The notes: a model not told the origin generated them from the letters alone. Shown: positions 16,029-24,788, numbered from the stretch's first letter. The stretch: 32,000 bases of DNA from Candidatus Omnitrophota bacterium (GCA_963662715.1 OY759724.1:1740001-1772000); one strand, 5' to 3'. A program made the numbers and translations.

Positions 16029-16403
16029 ATGAATAAACTTCCAGTCATAAAAGGTGAAAAGAACTATTTTCCAACAAAAGCTTTATGTCCTATCTGTAAA
16101 AAGAATAAGGTTCTAGAGCCTCATTCTATGGCAATAATTAGCGGTGGTGCTTTATTAATGAATCGCAAGGATGATTCAGGAGGACCTTCAGGTAATTTAG
16201 AAAGCTATTTAAATTTAAGTTGGCACGGGGCACATGATGGAGGAGAAGGCGAAGACCGAGAAATTGGATTGATTATGGATATTGCACAAGATGTCAAAGG
16301 TGGGCAATTTGATTTGTATTTTTGTTCTACATCATGTTTGCGAGAATTTTTAAATTCTTGTGTTGATGAACTTGAAAAGAGAATAAGAAAAGAAAAAAAA
16401 TAA
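16029..16403 (+). CDS. hypothetical zinc-ribbon-like protein (cassette)
   Basis: 124 aa with CPICKK near the N-terminus and CSTSC near the C-terminus. Confidence 0.55.
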   Translation: MNKLPVIKGEKNYFPTKALCPICKKNKVLEPHSMAIISGGALLMNRKDDSGGPSGNLESYLNLSWHGAHDGGEGEDREIGLIMDIAQDVKGGQFDLYFCSTSCLREFLNSCVDELEKRIRKEKK

Positions 16404-16410
16404 CAAGTCA

Positions 16411-16575
16411 TCCATGAAAACAGTCATCTGGTCAAGCATAAAATAGAAAGGCCAAATCATCCATTCGCGCTATATTCCCCAAAAGGACTTATGCGCACAA
16501 TAGCGTATTATGACAGGGCGTGCCAATCACTACAACGGCCTTAAATATGCCAGAGTTGTTAACAGCATCACCCAT
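16411..16575 (-). ncRNA. predicted bridge/seek guide RNA region of IS110 copy 3
   Basis: Same sequence as 9284-9448. Confidence 0.5.
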
Positions 16576-17583
16576 TTATACTGACCGATATTTATACTCA
16601 CAGTTGTTTTTCAAAACAGCAAAAACAGATTTTAACAGCTTATGAGCAACAGCAACTATAGCGACACCGTAATCTTTTTTAGTTCGAATCTTCTGAAAAT
16701 GAGTTTGTAAATATATATCACGGCGCACAGCGGTTTGAGCCGCTTCGACAAAAGCAGTGCGTAAGTATTTATTGCCATCTTTAGTAATAGGGCCTGAATA
16801 ATAGCTTTGACCTGATTGATGGACACGAGGAACAATGCCGGCGTAACGGGCAAGTTTATGCGCATTCTTAAAGCGGGAGATGTCACCGATTTCAGCCAGG
16901 ATGACATGAGCAAGAATAACCCCTATACCAGGGACAGTGTAGAGTAACCGAGCCTTAGAATCGACTTTGATGTTCAGACGGAGACGAGAATCGATTTTGT
17001 AAATATGCCGGGAGAGAATATCGATAAAGGAGAGATAATCGGCAATCATGGAAGAATAAGGTTGCCGTAAGGATAATTGATTTAAGAAGAGTTTGCCGGA
17101 AACACCGAAGAGGTCGCTGAAAGAATGCTGAATACCCTGATAATCAAGGATAGCATGAATACGATTTTTGAGGCTAGTGCGAATGGCGATCAAACGGTGG
17201 CGATACCGCATCAAAGCACGAGCATCACGATGAAAGCGGGAAACACGGTAAGCTTTGGGCAAGAGATCGGCTCTCAAGAGGTCAGCTAAAACAGAAGCAG
17301 AGATTTTATCGGTTTTAATGCGTTGTTCGGCAATAGCCTTAGTTCGCGCGGTATGAGCGAGAGAAACATCTAAGCCGGCCTCTTCAAGCAAGTCACCGAG
17401 CCAAAGGTCAAAGCCAGAGGCTTCCAGTGCGACAGAAGAGTTATGAGGAAGGGCTTTAAAATAATTTTTCATAGCATCTTTCTGGAAGTGATATAATTTT
17501 GTTTGATCGATGCGGTTGCCATTCTGATCTTTAACGACAACATACGAATACTTTTTGTGTTGATCGATTCCGATGTAATACAT
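16576..17583 (-). CDS. IS110-family (DEDD) transposase/recombinase
   Basis: 335 aa with one substitution relative to copies 1 and 2. Confidence 0.9.
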   Translation of the reverse strand: MYYIGIDQHKKYSYVVVKDQNGNRIDQTKLYHFQKDAMKNYFKALPHNSSVALEASGFDLWLGDLLEEAGLDVSLAHTARTKAIAEQRIKTDKISASVLADLLRADLLPKAYRVSRFHRDARALMRYRHRLIAIRTSLKNRIHAILDYQGIQHSFSDLFGVSGKLFLNQLSLRQPYSSMIADYLSFIDILSRHIYKIDSRLRLNIKVDSKARLLYTVPGIGVILAHVILAEIGDISRFKNAHKLARYAGIVPRVHQSGQSYYSGPITKDGNKYLRTAFVEAAQTAVRRDIYLQTHFQKIRTKKDYGVAIVAVAHKLLKSVFAVLKNNCEYKYRSV

Positions 17584-17744
17584 ACGTGCCTCCTTTCTGG
17601 AAGGTTGTGGTTTTTGGCTTAAAATCATTATACGCCTTCCAGAGGCACGTTTTCATACTATCACTACAGCGGAGCCCCTCGCCACCTTCGGCAGACTCGG
17701 GACCCCGCTGAGTTCTCACGTTATAAACAAAAATTAAAGAAAAA

Positions 17745-18422
17745 ATGTTTAAATTCAATTTCGATTTACTAAAAAAATCAAAAAATGTTCTATCCCAATA
17801 TAAAAATATTTATTGGATTATCGGGGGAGCATGTTCTGGTAAATCAACCATATGTAAAACAATTGCAAAACAAAAAAAGGCACATTTATACGATATGGAT
17901 GAATATATATTTAGTAAATATATGAGCCGTTATACAAAAAAAAGACATCCTGCAAGTAAAACATGGTTTTCGTCAAAGAACTCTCTAGATTGGGTATTAT
18001 CTTTATCTTGGAAAGATTTTGATCAACTAAATAAAGCAGCCAATGCAGAATACCTGGATTTATTTTCTGAAGATATGAAAAAGTATTCCTCTGATGATTT
18101 AATATTTGTTGATGGTGGCATCAGTTACCCTTCTGTACTAGCAAAAGCTTTTCCAATTAAGAATATTGTCTGTTTATATATTCCACCAACTCAAAGTAAC
18201 ATGTTATGGAACAATACTAAAGAAAGAAAACCAATGAAGGATATGATCCTAGATCTACCTCAAGGTAGAAAGAAATGGGAAAAATTCTTATTCTGTGACA
18301 AGAAGATAGCAGAAATCAGCTTGAGAGAATCTAAAAAACACAATATAAAGATATTTCGTAGAAATAATAATGTATCAATAAAACAATTATCGAAAAAAAT
18401 TTTAAATTATTTTGACCTTTAA
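17745..18422 (+). CDS. P-loop NTPase / small-molecule-kinase-like protein (cassette)
   Basis: 225 aa with Walker A GGACSGKST near the N-terminus. Its size and layout resemble adenylate/shikimate-kinase-fold proteins. Confidence 0.65.
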   Translation: MFKFNFDLLKKSKNVLSQYKNIYWIIGGACSGKSTICKTIAKQKKAHLYDMDEYIFSKYMSRYTKKRHPASKTWFSSKNSLDWVLSLSWKDFDQLNKAANAEYLDLFSEDMKKYSSDDLIFVDGGISYPSVLAKAFPIKNIVCLYIPPTQSNMLWNNTKERKPMKDMILDLPQGRKKWEKFLFCDKKIAEISLRESKKHNIKIFRRNNNVSIKQLSKKILNYFDL

Positions 18423-18430
18423 CTAAGTTT

Positions 18431-18500
18431 ATAACAACTCATTCCACCCGACCGTATTCGCGGCTTCGCCGCTCATCCGGCGGGTGAACTCGGGCTAGAA
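18431..18500 (+). repeat. attC site with degenerate right box (GCTAGAA instead of GTTAGAA)
   Basis: ATAACAACTCATTCCACCCGACCG ... CGGCGGGTGAACTCGGGCTAGAA. Confidence 0.7.
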
Positions 18501-18505
18501 ATGGG

Positions 18506-18545
18506 TTGAATTATACGTATAATTATGGTATACTCTATACGTATA
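18506..18545 (+). promoter_or_regulatory. cassette-internal sigma70 promoter with two TATACGTATA palindromic operators (toxin-antitoxin cassette)
   Basis: TTGAAT (18506-18511), a 17-nt spacer, then TATACT (18529-18534). Perfect 10-bp palindromes lie at 18512-18521 and 18536-18545, and AGGAGG precedes the antitoxin ATG. Confidence 0.65.
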
Positions 18546-18559
18546 AAGGAGGTATTAAA

Positions 18560-18808
18560 ATGGTAACAAAATTAACATTAGCTTTAGATGAAGCTGTGGT
18601 TAGAAAAGCAAAACAATATGCGAAAAAACAAAAGCTTAGCCTGTCAAAATTAGTTGAATTTTATTTCTCATCATTAGTATCTGATAATTATTCGGAACAA
18701 TATAACATGCCGCCCATAACAGCAGAACTTGCAGGTATGGTCAAATCTAAATTGTTCAAAAGTGACAAGGATTTATTAACAGATACCTTGATAGAGAAAT
18801 ATGTATGA
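18560..18808 (+). CDS. RHH/CopG-like antitoxin
   Basis: 82 aa from MVTKLTLALDEAVVRKAKQYAKK. RBS AGGAGG. A 4-nt ATGA overlap with the PIN gene. Confidence 0.75.
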   Translation: MVTKLTLALDEAVVRKAKQYAKKQKLSLSKLVEFYFSSLVSDNYSEQYNMPPITAELAGMVKSKLFKSDKDLLTDTLIEKYV

Positions 18809-19224
18809 AAAATAAAATATTTATTGATACAGACATTTTTTTGGACACAATTCTTGATAGAAAACCGCATTCGAATTATTCAAATAGAATAATAAGCCTT
18901 TGTGAACAAAATGAAATTCAAGGATTTACATCTAGTCTTGTTATTGCAAACATTTATTACATCTTAAATAAGTTGTCGAGCCACAACAAAGCCCTTCAAG
19001 CAATTAATAAGATTCGAGCTATAATTAATATCCTTCCCTTTACTGATAAAGAAATTGGTGAATCAATTAATGCCGATTTCCAAGACTTCGAAGACGGCGT
19101 TCAGTATTTCATTGCGATTAACAATAAGGTAGACAGAATAATTACACGAAATGTTAAAGATTTTAAAAAGGCCTCAATAGGGATATTGACTCCTAAAGAG
19201 TTCCTGCAATCAATAAATACGTAA
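18805..19224 (+). CDS. PIN-domain toxin (VapC-like)
   Basis: 139 aa with IFIDTDIFLD at the N-terminus and ITRNVKDF near the C-terminus. Translationally coupled to the antitoxin. Confidence 0.85.
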   Translation: MKNKIFIDTDIFLDTILDRKPHSNYSNRIISLCEQNEIQGFTSSLVIANIYYILNKLSSHNKALQAINKIRAIINILPFTDKEIGESINADFQDFEDGVQYFIAINNKVDRIITRNVKDFKKASIGILTPKEFLQSINT

Positions 19225-19340
19225 TTATTAATGCATAACAAGTCATCCATGAAAACAGTCATCTGGTCAAGCATAAAATAGAAAGGCCAAATCATCCATT
19301 CGCGCTATATTCCCCAAAAGGACTTATGTAATGACCCTAG

Positions 19341-20112
19341 TTAAGCAAGGATTTTTTTGTGTAGATCGAGTTCTTTGTTAATCCATCTTTTGTAAAACTC
19401 TTCAGGCGTAGCGAAGAATAATGCCTGATGAGGGAAATCGGTGTTGTAATCGTTGATCCAACGCTTGAAGTCATCTTGAAGATCAAATGGGTTGTCCCAT
19501 TCATTGATCCAAATGAAATCTTCTTTGATTCTGCGGATGACGCGTTCGGTGTCAGCATTGCCTTTGGGGTTGGACCAGGTTGAGAAGATCTGCTTGATGC
19601 CGGCCAGTGAACAATTAAGCCTGAAGCGCCCGCTGGTGGGCTGACAGCCATTGTCCGAGATCAGGTGCAGGTCATGATTCAGTGTGTCTTTGATGCCGTT
19701 TGGGAATCGGTTGTTGATGGCCATTTCCAGGGCATCCAGCCAGTCATCAGTCTTTGACTGGATGTTGAGGCTATAGCCGATAATTTCTTTGGTATACCAG
19801 TCTAGGACGATGGTCAGATAGAACCAGCCCCAGGTCGCCAGTTTGATTTTTGTCATATCGATACCCCAGAATTGATTGGGGTGAGAAGCTCGTGGTTTCC
19901 GGCGGAGGTTGCCACGCTTGGCCTTCAAGCGATCGTTGGGTTGAACCGTTAATTGATTTTCTTGCATGAGGCGTTGGACACAATTTTTGCCAATTTTGTA
20001 ATGTTTACGGTTGTTTAAATAGGCCCAGACTGAACGGTATCCCCAGAGGGGATGTTGCTTTTTAATTTGTCGGATTTTGACTAAATGTTTTTGGTCTTGT
20101 TCGATACGCTTT
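19341..20112 (-). pseudogene. IS3 copy A orfB (DDE integrase-core transposase), severed from its first ~7 codons by insertion of copy B
   Basis: Sequence identical to 20127-20898 of copy B. The 5' 20 nt of the gene lie at 21267-21286. Confidence 0.8.
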
Positions 20113-20126
20113 TGTAATGACCCTAG

Positions 20127-20918
20127 TTAAGCAAGGATTTTTTTGTGTAGATCGAGTTCTTTGTTAATCCATCTTTTGTAAAACTCTTCAGGCGTAGCGA
20201 AGAATAATGCCTGATGAGGGAAATCGGTGTTGTAATCGTTGATCCAACGCTTGAAGTCATCTTGAAGATCAAATGGGTTGTCCCATTCATTGATCCAAAT
20301 GAAATCTTCTTTGATTCTGCGGATGACGCGTTCGGTGTCAGCATTGCCTTTGGGGTTGGACCAGGTTGAGAAGATCTGCTTGATGCCGGCCAGTGAACAA
20401 TTAAGCCTGAAGCGCCCGCTGGTGGGCTGACAGCCATTGTCCGAGATCAGGTGCAGGTCATGATTCAGTGTGTCTTTGATGCCGTTTGGGAATCGGTTGT
20501 TGATGGCCATTTCCAGGGCATCCAGCCAGTCATCAGTCTTTGACTGGATGTTGAGGCTATAGCCGATAATTTCTTTGGTATACCAGTCTAGGACGATGGT
20601 CAGATAGAACCAGCCCCAGGTCGCCAGTTTGATTTTTGTCATATCGATACCCCAGAATTGATTGGGGTGAGAAGCTCGTGGTTTCCGGCGGAGGTTGCCA
20701 CGCTTGGCCTTCAAGCGATCGTTGGGTTGAACCGTTAATTGATTTTCTTGCATGAGGCGTTGGACACAATTTTTGCCAATTTTGTAATGTTTACGGTTGT
20801 TTAAATAGGCCCAGACTGAACGGTATCCCCAGAGGGGATGTTGCTTTTTAATTTGTCGGATTTTGACTAAATGTTTTTGGTCTTGTTCGATACGCTTTAG
20901 AGAACGGCGTCTTTTCAT
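20127..20918 (-). CDS. IS3-family OrfB, DDE (rve) transposase
   Basis: 263 aa with WGIDMT, ISDNGCQ and NADTERV giving D..D..E spacing. It lies in the -1 frame relative to orfA. Confidence 0.85.
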   Translation of the reverse strand: MKRRRSLKRIEQDQKHLVKIRQIKKQHPLWGYRSVWAYLNNRKHYKIGKNCVQRLMQENQLTVQPNDRLKAKRGNLRRKPRASHPNQFWGIDMTKIKLATWGWFYLTIVLDWYTKEIIGYSLNIQSKTDDWLDALEMAINNRFPNGIKDTLNHDLHLISDNGCQPTSGRFRLNCSLAGIKQIFSTWSNPKGNADTERVIRRIKEDFIWINEWDNPFDLQDDFKRWINDYNTDFPHQALFFATPEEFYKRWINKELDLHKKILA

Positions 20919-21220
20919 AACTCGTACTCGTTTTTTTTTAGTTCAACGGTCAAGTCGCCGATGATGCGTTTGAGTTTGGCGTTTTCTTTTTCAAGACGTT
21001 GCTCTTTCTGGGACTGTTGTTTGATGTCAAAGGCCATATGGCATTCTTTGAGGAACTGGTCGCGCCATTTGTAATATTGGGTTTGGCCAATTTGGTATTT
21101 GTTACAAAGTTTACTGATGTCGATTTTCCCGCTGAGGCCTTCAAGCACGATTTGGGTCTTTTGTTGGCTGGTCCATTGGCGTTTTTTCATGGGAATTGGG
21201 CTCCTTTCCTTGGAACTCAA
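20915..21220 (-). CDS. IS3-family OrfA (HTH)
   Basis: 101 aa with an HTH-like region and a leucine-zipper-like tail. An A9 run near the 3' end is a plausible -1 frameshift site. Confidence 0.85.
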   Translation of the reverse strand: MSSKERSPIPMKKRQWTSQQKTQIVLEGLSGKIDISKLCNKYQIGQTQYYKWRDQFLKECHMAFDIKQQSQKEQRLEKENAKLKRIIGDLTVELKKNEYEL

Positions 21221-21282
21221 TTCTACACCATTTGTTTAAATTTGTTAACTAGGGTCACTATACTTTAGAGAACGGCGTCTTT

Positions 21283-21588
21283 TCATAACTCGTACTCGTT
21301 TTTTTTTAGTTCAACGGTCAAGTCGCCGATGATGCGTTTGAGTTTGGCGTTTTCTTTTTCAAGACGTTGCTCTTTCTGGGACTGTTGTTTGATGTCAAAG
21401 GCCATATGGCATTCTTTGAGGAACTGGTCGCGCCATTTGTAATATTGGGTTTGGCCAATTTGGTATTTGTTACAAAGTTTACTGATGTCGATTTTCCCGC
21501 TGAGGCCTTCAAGCACGATTTGGGTCTTTTGTTGGCTGGTCCATTGGCGTTTTTTCATGGGAATTGGGCTCCTTTCCTTGGAACTCAA
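21283..21588 (-). CDS. IS3-family OrfA of copy A
   Basis: Identical to 20915-21220. Confidence 0.8.
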   Translation of the reverse strand: MSSKERSPIPMKKRQWTSQQKTQIVLEGLSGKIDISKLCNKYQIGQTQYYKWRDQFLKECHMAFDIKQQSQKEQRLEKENAKLKRIIGDLTVELKKNEYEL

Positions 21589-21718
21589 TTCTACACCATT
21601 TGTTTAAATTTGTTAACTAGGGTCACTATACTTATGCGCACAATAGCGTATTATGACAGGGCGTGCCAATCACTACAACGGCCTTAAATATGCCAGAGTT
21701 GTTAACAGCATCACCCAT

Positions 21719-22726
21719 TTATACTGACCGATATTTATACTCACAGTTGTTTTTCAAAACAGCAAAAACAGATTTTAACAGCTTATGAGCAACAGCAACT
21801 ATAGCGACACCGTAATCTTTTTTAGTTCGAATCTTCTGAAAATGAGTTTGTAAATATATATCACGGCGCACAGCGGTTTGAGCCGCTTCGACAAAAGCAG
21901 TGCGTAAGTATTTATTGCCATCTTTAGTAATAGGGCCTGAATAATAGCTTTGACCTGATTGATGGACACGAGGAACAATGCCGGCGTAACGGGCAAGTTT
22001 ATGCGCATTCTTAAAGCGGGAGATGTCACCGATTTCAGCCAGGATGACATGAGCAAGAATAACCCCTATACCAGGGACAGTGTAGAGTAACCGAGCCTTA
22101 GAATCGACTTTGATGTTCAGACGGAGACGAGAATCGATTTTGTAAATATGCCGGGAGAGAATATCGATAAAGGAGAGATAATCGGCAATCATGGAAGAAT
22201 AAGGTTGCCGTAAGGATAATTGATTTAAGAAGAGTTTGCCGGAAACACCGAAGAGGTCGCTGAAAGAATGCTGAATACCCTGATAATCAAGGATAGCATG
22301 AATACGATTTTTGAGGCTAGTGCGAATGGCGATCAAACGGTGGCGATACCGCATCAAAGCACGAGCATCACGATGAAAGCGGGAAACACGGTAAGCTTTG
22401 GGCAAGAGATCGGCTCTCAAGAGGTCAGCTAAAACAGAAGCAGAGATTTTATCGGTTTTAATGCGTTGTTCGGCAATAGCCTTAGTTCGCGCGGTATGAG
22501 CGAGAGAAACATCTAAGCCGGCCTCTTCAAGCAAGTCACCGAGCCAAAGGTCAAAGCCAGAGGCTTCCAGTGCGACAGAAGAGTTATGAGGAAGGGCTTT
22601 AAAATAATTTTTCATAGCATCTTTCTGGAAGTGATATAATTTTGTTTGATCGATGCGGTTGCCATTCTGATCTTTAACGACAACATACGAATACTTTTTG
22701 TGTTGATCGATTCCGATGTAATACAT
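21719..22726 (-). CDS. IS110-family (DEDD) transposase/recombinase (copy 4)
   Basis: Identical to copy 3. Confidence 0.9.
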   Translation of the reverse strand: MYYIGIDQHKKYSYVVVKDQNGNRIDQTKLYHFQKDAMKNYFKALPHNSSVALEASGFDLWLGDLLEEAGLDVSLAHTARTKAIAEQRIKTDKISASVLADLLRADLLPKAYRVSRFHRDARALMRYRHRLIAIRTSLKNRIHAILDYQGIQHSFSDLFGVSGKLFLNQLSLRQPYSSMIADYLSFIDILSRHIYKIDSRLRLNIKVDSKARLLYTVPGIGVILAHVILAEIGDISRFKNAHKLARYAGIVPRVHQSGQSYYSGPITKDGNKYLRTAFVEAAQTAVRRDIYLQTHFQKIRTKKDYGVAIVAVAHKLLKSVFAVLKNNCEYKYRSV

Positions 22727-22871
22727 ACGTGCCTCCTTTCTGGAAGGTTGTGGTTTTTGGCTTAAAATCATTATACGCCTTCCAGAGGCACGTTTTCATA
22801 CTATCACTACAGCGGAGCCCCTCGCCACCTTCGGCAGACTCGGGACCCCGCTGAGTTCGTTGTTGGCCTAA

Positions 22872-23609
22872 ATGGAGAATATCATGGTTGAAGATGTGGT
22901 CGTAGAACCGATGACAGAGGAATCCATCCTGTGGCGTTGTCTTCATGGTGGGCCGATTGTGCTCGACACTATTGATCAATCCCCTCTTGGAGGCTCGATA
23001 CCGTGGGTGTGCTATCGGGATCGAAACACCTCACTCTTGGTGAAACTCACCAGAACCTATGGAGCTTGCGCTATCTTAGCACGCGATGGCGAGCAGATTG
23101 TAGGCCACCTTCGTTTCTATCCCAAGTTTGTCTGTGACAAGGAGGGGGCAGGTGGTCTTTGCCTTCAGCAAGATTCTCCTACAGGTCCAATTGAAGACTT
23201 TGCCGACAGCAACTTTCCAGAACCTATACAGATAGAAGACAAGACACTTGTCGTTCATTGCCTTATGACAGGAAGCTCCCAGCAGAAAGAGAATCCGTAC
23301 CAGCGGGAGGGCATCGGCACACGCATGGTCAAAGCTTTGATTGAGTGGGCCAGAGTAAACAGCTGGGAACGAATTGAGGCGAACTCCTTTGAGGACCTTT
23401 CCATTATTTACGATACTACAGGAAGTGCTGGCCATACATTCTGGGAGAAATTGGGATTTCACCTTGTTGATCGGCATCCACACCCGGAGCTGCAGGATCG
23501 TAGCCAGTTCGGCGGGTTTATCAAGACGCTCGAAGAACAGGCAGAGACTATCGGAATTCCCGTTGAGCGAGCAAGAGATCGACTCGTTATGCGTCTCGAT
23601 CTGTTATGA
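22872..23609 (+). CDS. GNAT-family N-acetyltransferase-like protein (cassette)
   Basis: 245 aa with a YQREGIGTRMVKALIEWAR acetyl-CoA-binding-like motif. An alternative start at 22884 has the better GGAG spacing. Mid-GC cassette. Confidence 0.65.
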   Translation: MENIMVEDVVVEPMTEESILWRCLHGGPIVLDTIDQSPLGGSIPWVCYRDRNTSLLVKLTRTYGACAILARDGEQIVGHLRFYPKFVCDKEGAGGLCLQQDSPTGPIEDFADSNFPEPIQIEDKTLVVHCLMTGSSQQKENPYQREGIGTRMVKALIEWARVNSWERIEANSFEDLSIIYDTTGSAGHTFWEKLGFHLVDRHPHPELQDRSQFGGFIKTLEEQAETIGIPVERARDRLVMRLDLL

Positions 23610-23623
23610 TATAAACTGGATAT

Positions 23624-23691
23624 GCCAACAACGGGCTTGACAAGGAAGCGCGAAAAAGGCAGCCGCGCTCCTGTCAGCCCGAGCGTTGTGC
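23624..23691 (+). repeat. attC site
   Basis: GCCAACAACGGGCTTGACAAGGAAGCGCG ... CGCGCTCCTGTCAGCCCGAGCGTTGTGC. Confidence 0.8.
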
Positions 23692-23700
23692 GGTAAGATA

Positions 23701-23943
23701 ATGAAAATGAAGAATATCATCAATAAACTTCTTGGCCCCAAATGTGCAAAATGCAAGAAAGCAGCACTTAAATTATTTGAATCCCCATTCACGGGAGAAA
23801 CATTATTTCAAGCTCATAAATGTCCACAATGTGGTTCATTATATTGTGATGATTGTTATCCGTCTCTGCCTTGGACATCATATCCGATGGGATATTCTAA
23901 ATGTCCAGATTGTGATTTACAGCTAGAAAGATATTTAAAATAG
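23701..23943 (+). CDS. small zinc-ribbon protein, hypothetical (cassette)
   Basis: 80 aa with CAKC, CPQC, CDDC and CPDC pairs. The ORF-track start at 23686 lies inside the attC. Confidence 0.6.
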   Translation: MKMKNIINKLLGPKCAKCKKAALKLFESPFTGETLFQAHKCPQCGSLYCDDCYPSLPWTSYPMGYSKCPDCDLQLERYLK

Positions 23944-23989
23944 AAGAAATAGATAAAAAATAAAAGAATATAGATTAAGCAAACTTTGC

Positions 23990-24067
23990 GCACAACAAGT
24001 CACTACAGCGAGGGCGCTCGGCCACCTTTGGCAGGCTCGGGACCCCGATGAGTTCCTTGCGTTAGAC
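23990..24067 (+). repeat. attC site
   Basis: GCACAACAAGTCACTACAGCGAGGGCGC ... GACCCCGATGAGTTCCTTGCGTTAGAC. Confidence 0.85.
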
Positions 24068-24100
24068 GAAAAAATATTATAATTATGATATAATGACCTT

Positions 24101-24289
24101 ATGAAAATTAATAAACAAATAGTAACATTAAAGAAAATCACTCAACAGGACGACTGTTTTGTCGACACTTCTCCTCAAGAAAGGGTATTATTTGTTTGGG
24201 AGCTAACGGCAGAATTGTGGTCTTTGAAAGGCAAGGAACATGTTGAACGAAGACTACAAAGAGATATTACAAATCTTATTAAAAAATGA
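24101..24289 (+). CDS. small hypothetical protein upstream of and overlapping the nucleotidyltransferase gene
   Basis: 62 aa whose 3' end overlaps the next ORF by 50 nt in another frame. Confidence 0.5.
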   Translation: MKINKQIVTLKKITQQDDCFVDTSPQERVLFVWELTAELWSLKGKEHVERRLQRDITNLIKK

Positions 24290-24683
24290 TGTTCAATTTC
24301 TTGTTGTGGGCGCATATGCAATGGCTGCTTATGGATATCCTAGGGCAACAGGTGATTTTGATATTTGGGTAGAATCCTCAATAGAAAATTCAGAAAATAT
24401 TTATAAATCATTGCTTGAATTTGGAACTCCATTGACAGGAATAACTAAAGATACATTTTCAGAAGATGGGCTTGTTTTTCAGATCGGAGTTGCGCCCAGA
24501 AGAATAGATATTATAACAGGTATTGATGGGGTTAATTTTGAGGATGCGTTTAAGGATAAAGAAGGTATTGAGGTCGAGGGTTTAAAATTGCCTTTTATAT
24601 CGAAAGAGAACTTAATAAAAAATAAAAAGGCTACAGGCAGAGAAAAAGATAGATTAGATATTAAATATTTAGAAGATAAATAA
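24240..24683 (+). CDS. nucleotidyltransferase-fold (Pol-beta/MNT-like) protein
   Basis: 147 aa with GAYAMAAYGYPRATGDFDIWV (G-x-n-DxD NTase motif) and a C-terminal ATGREKDRLDIKYL. Confidence 0.7.
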   Translation: MLNEDYKEILQILLKNDVQFLVVGAYAMAAYGYPRATGDFDIWVESSIENSENIYKSLLEFGTPLTGITKDTFSEDGLVFQIGVAPRRIDIITGIDGVNFEDAFKDKEGIEVEGLKLPFISKENLIKNKKATGREKDRLDIKYLEDK

Positions 24684-24686
24684 ATC

Positions 24687-24763
24687 GTCTAACAAGGCAA
24701 TTAAGCGGCACAAGCTCGCACCTTTTGGCGCTCGCTTACGCCGTTTATTTTTTTGCGTTACTC
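24687..24763 (+). repeat. attC site
   Basis: GTCTAACAAGGCAATTAAGCGGC ... GCCGTTTATTTTTTTGCGTTACTC. Confidence 0.75.
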
Positions 24764-24788
24764 TGAGCGTATTAATCGGGAAAATACT

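Larger units (their letters stand above)
16411..17663 (-). mobile_element. IS110/IS1111-family insertion sequence, copy 3
   Basis: Same element, position and orientation. It shares a G-to-D substitution (KKDYG) with copy 4. Confidence 0.9.
16400..17726 (+). repeat. attC site split by IS110-family copy 3 (left 16400-16410, right 17664-17726)
   Basis: ATAACAAGTCA | IS | CTACAGCGGAGCCCCTCGCC ... GACCCCGCTGAGTTCTCACGTTATAA. Confidence 0.85.
20113..21262 (-). mobile_element. IS3-family element copy B (intact, 1150 bp) inserted into copy A
   Basis: Same inverted repeats, flanked by a 4-bp direct repeat CTTT (20109-20112 and 21263-21266). The uninterrupted sequence GATACGCTTTAGAGAAC is seen inside copy B itself. 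Confidence 0.85.
19327..21630 (-). mobile_element. IS3-family element copy A (1150 bp), split by copy B; parts 19327-20112 and 21263-21630
   Basis: Terminal inverted repeats TGTAATGACCCTAGTTAA / TTAACTAGGGTCACTATA. Flanked by a 4-bp direct repeat CTTA within the IS110 3' end. Confidence 0.85.
19246..22806 (-). mobile_element. IS110/IS1111-family insertion sequence, copy 4, interrupted at 19326/19327 by nested IS3-family elements
   Basis: 1253 bp of IS110 sequence plus 2308 bp of insert (two 1150-bp IS3 copies plus two 4-bp duplications) accounts exactly for the span. Confidence 0.9.
19235..22865 (+). repeat. attC site split by IS110-family copy 4 (left 19235-19245, right 22807-22865)
   Basis: ATAACAAGTCA | IS | CTACAGCGGAGCCCCTCGCC ... 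GACCCCGCTGAGTTCGTTGTTG. Confidence 0.8.
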
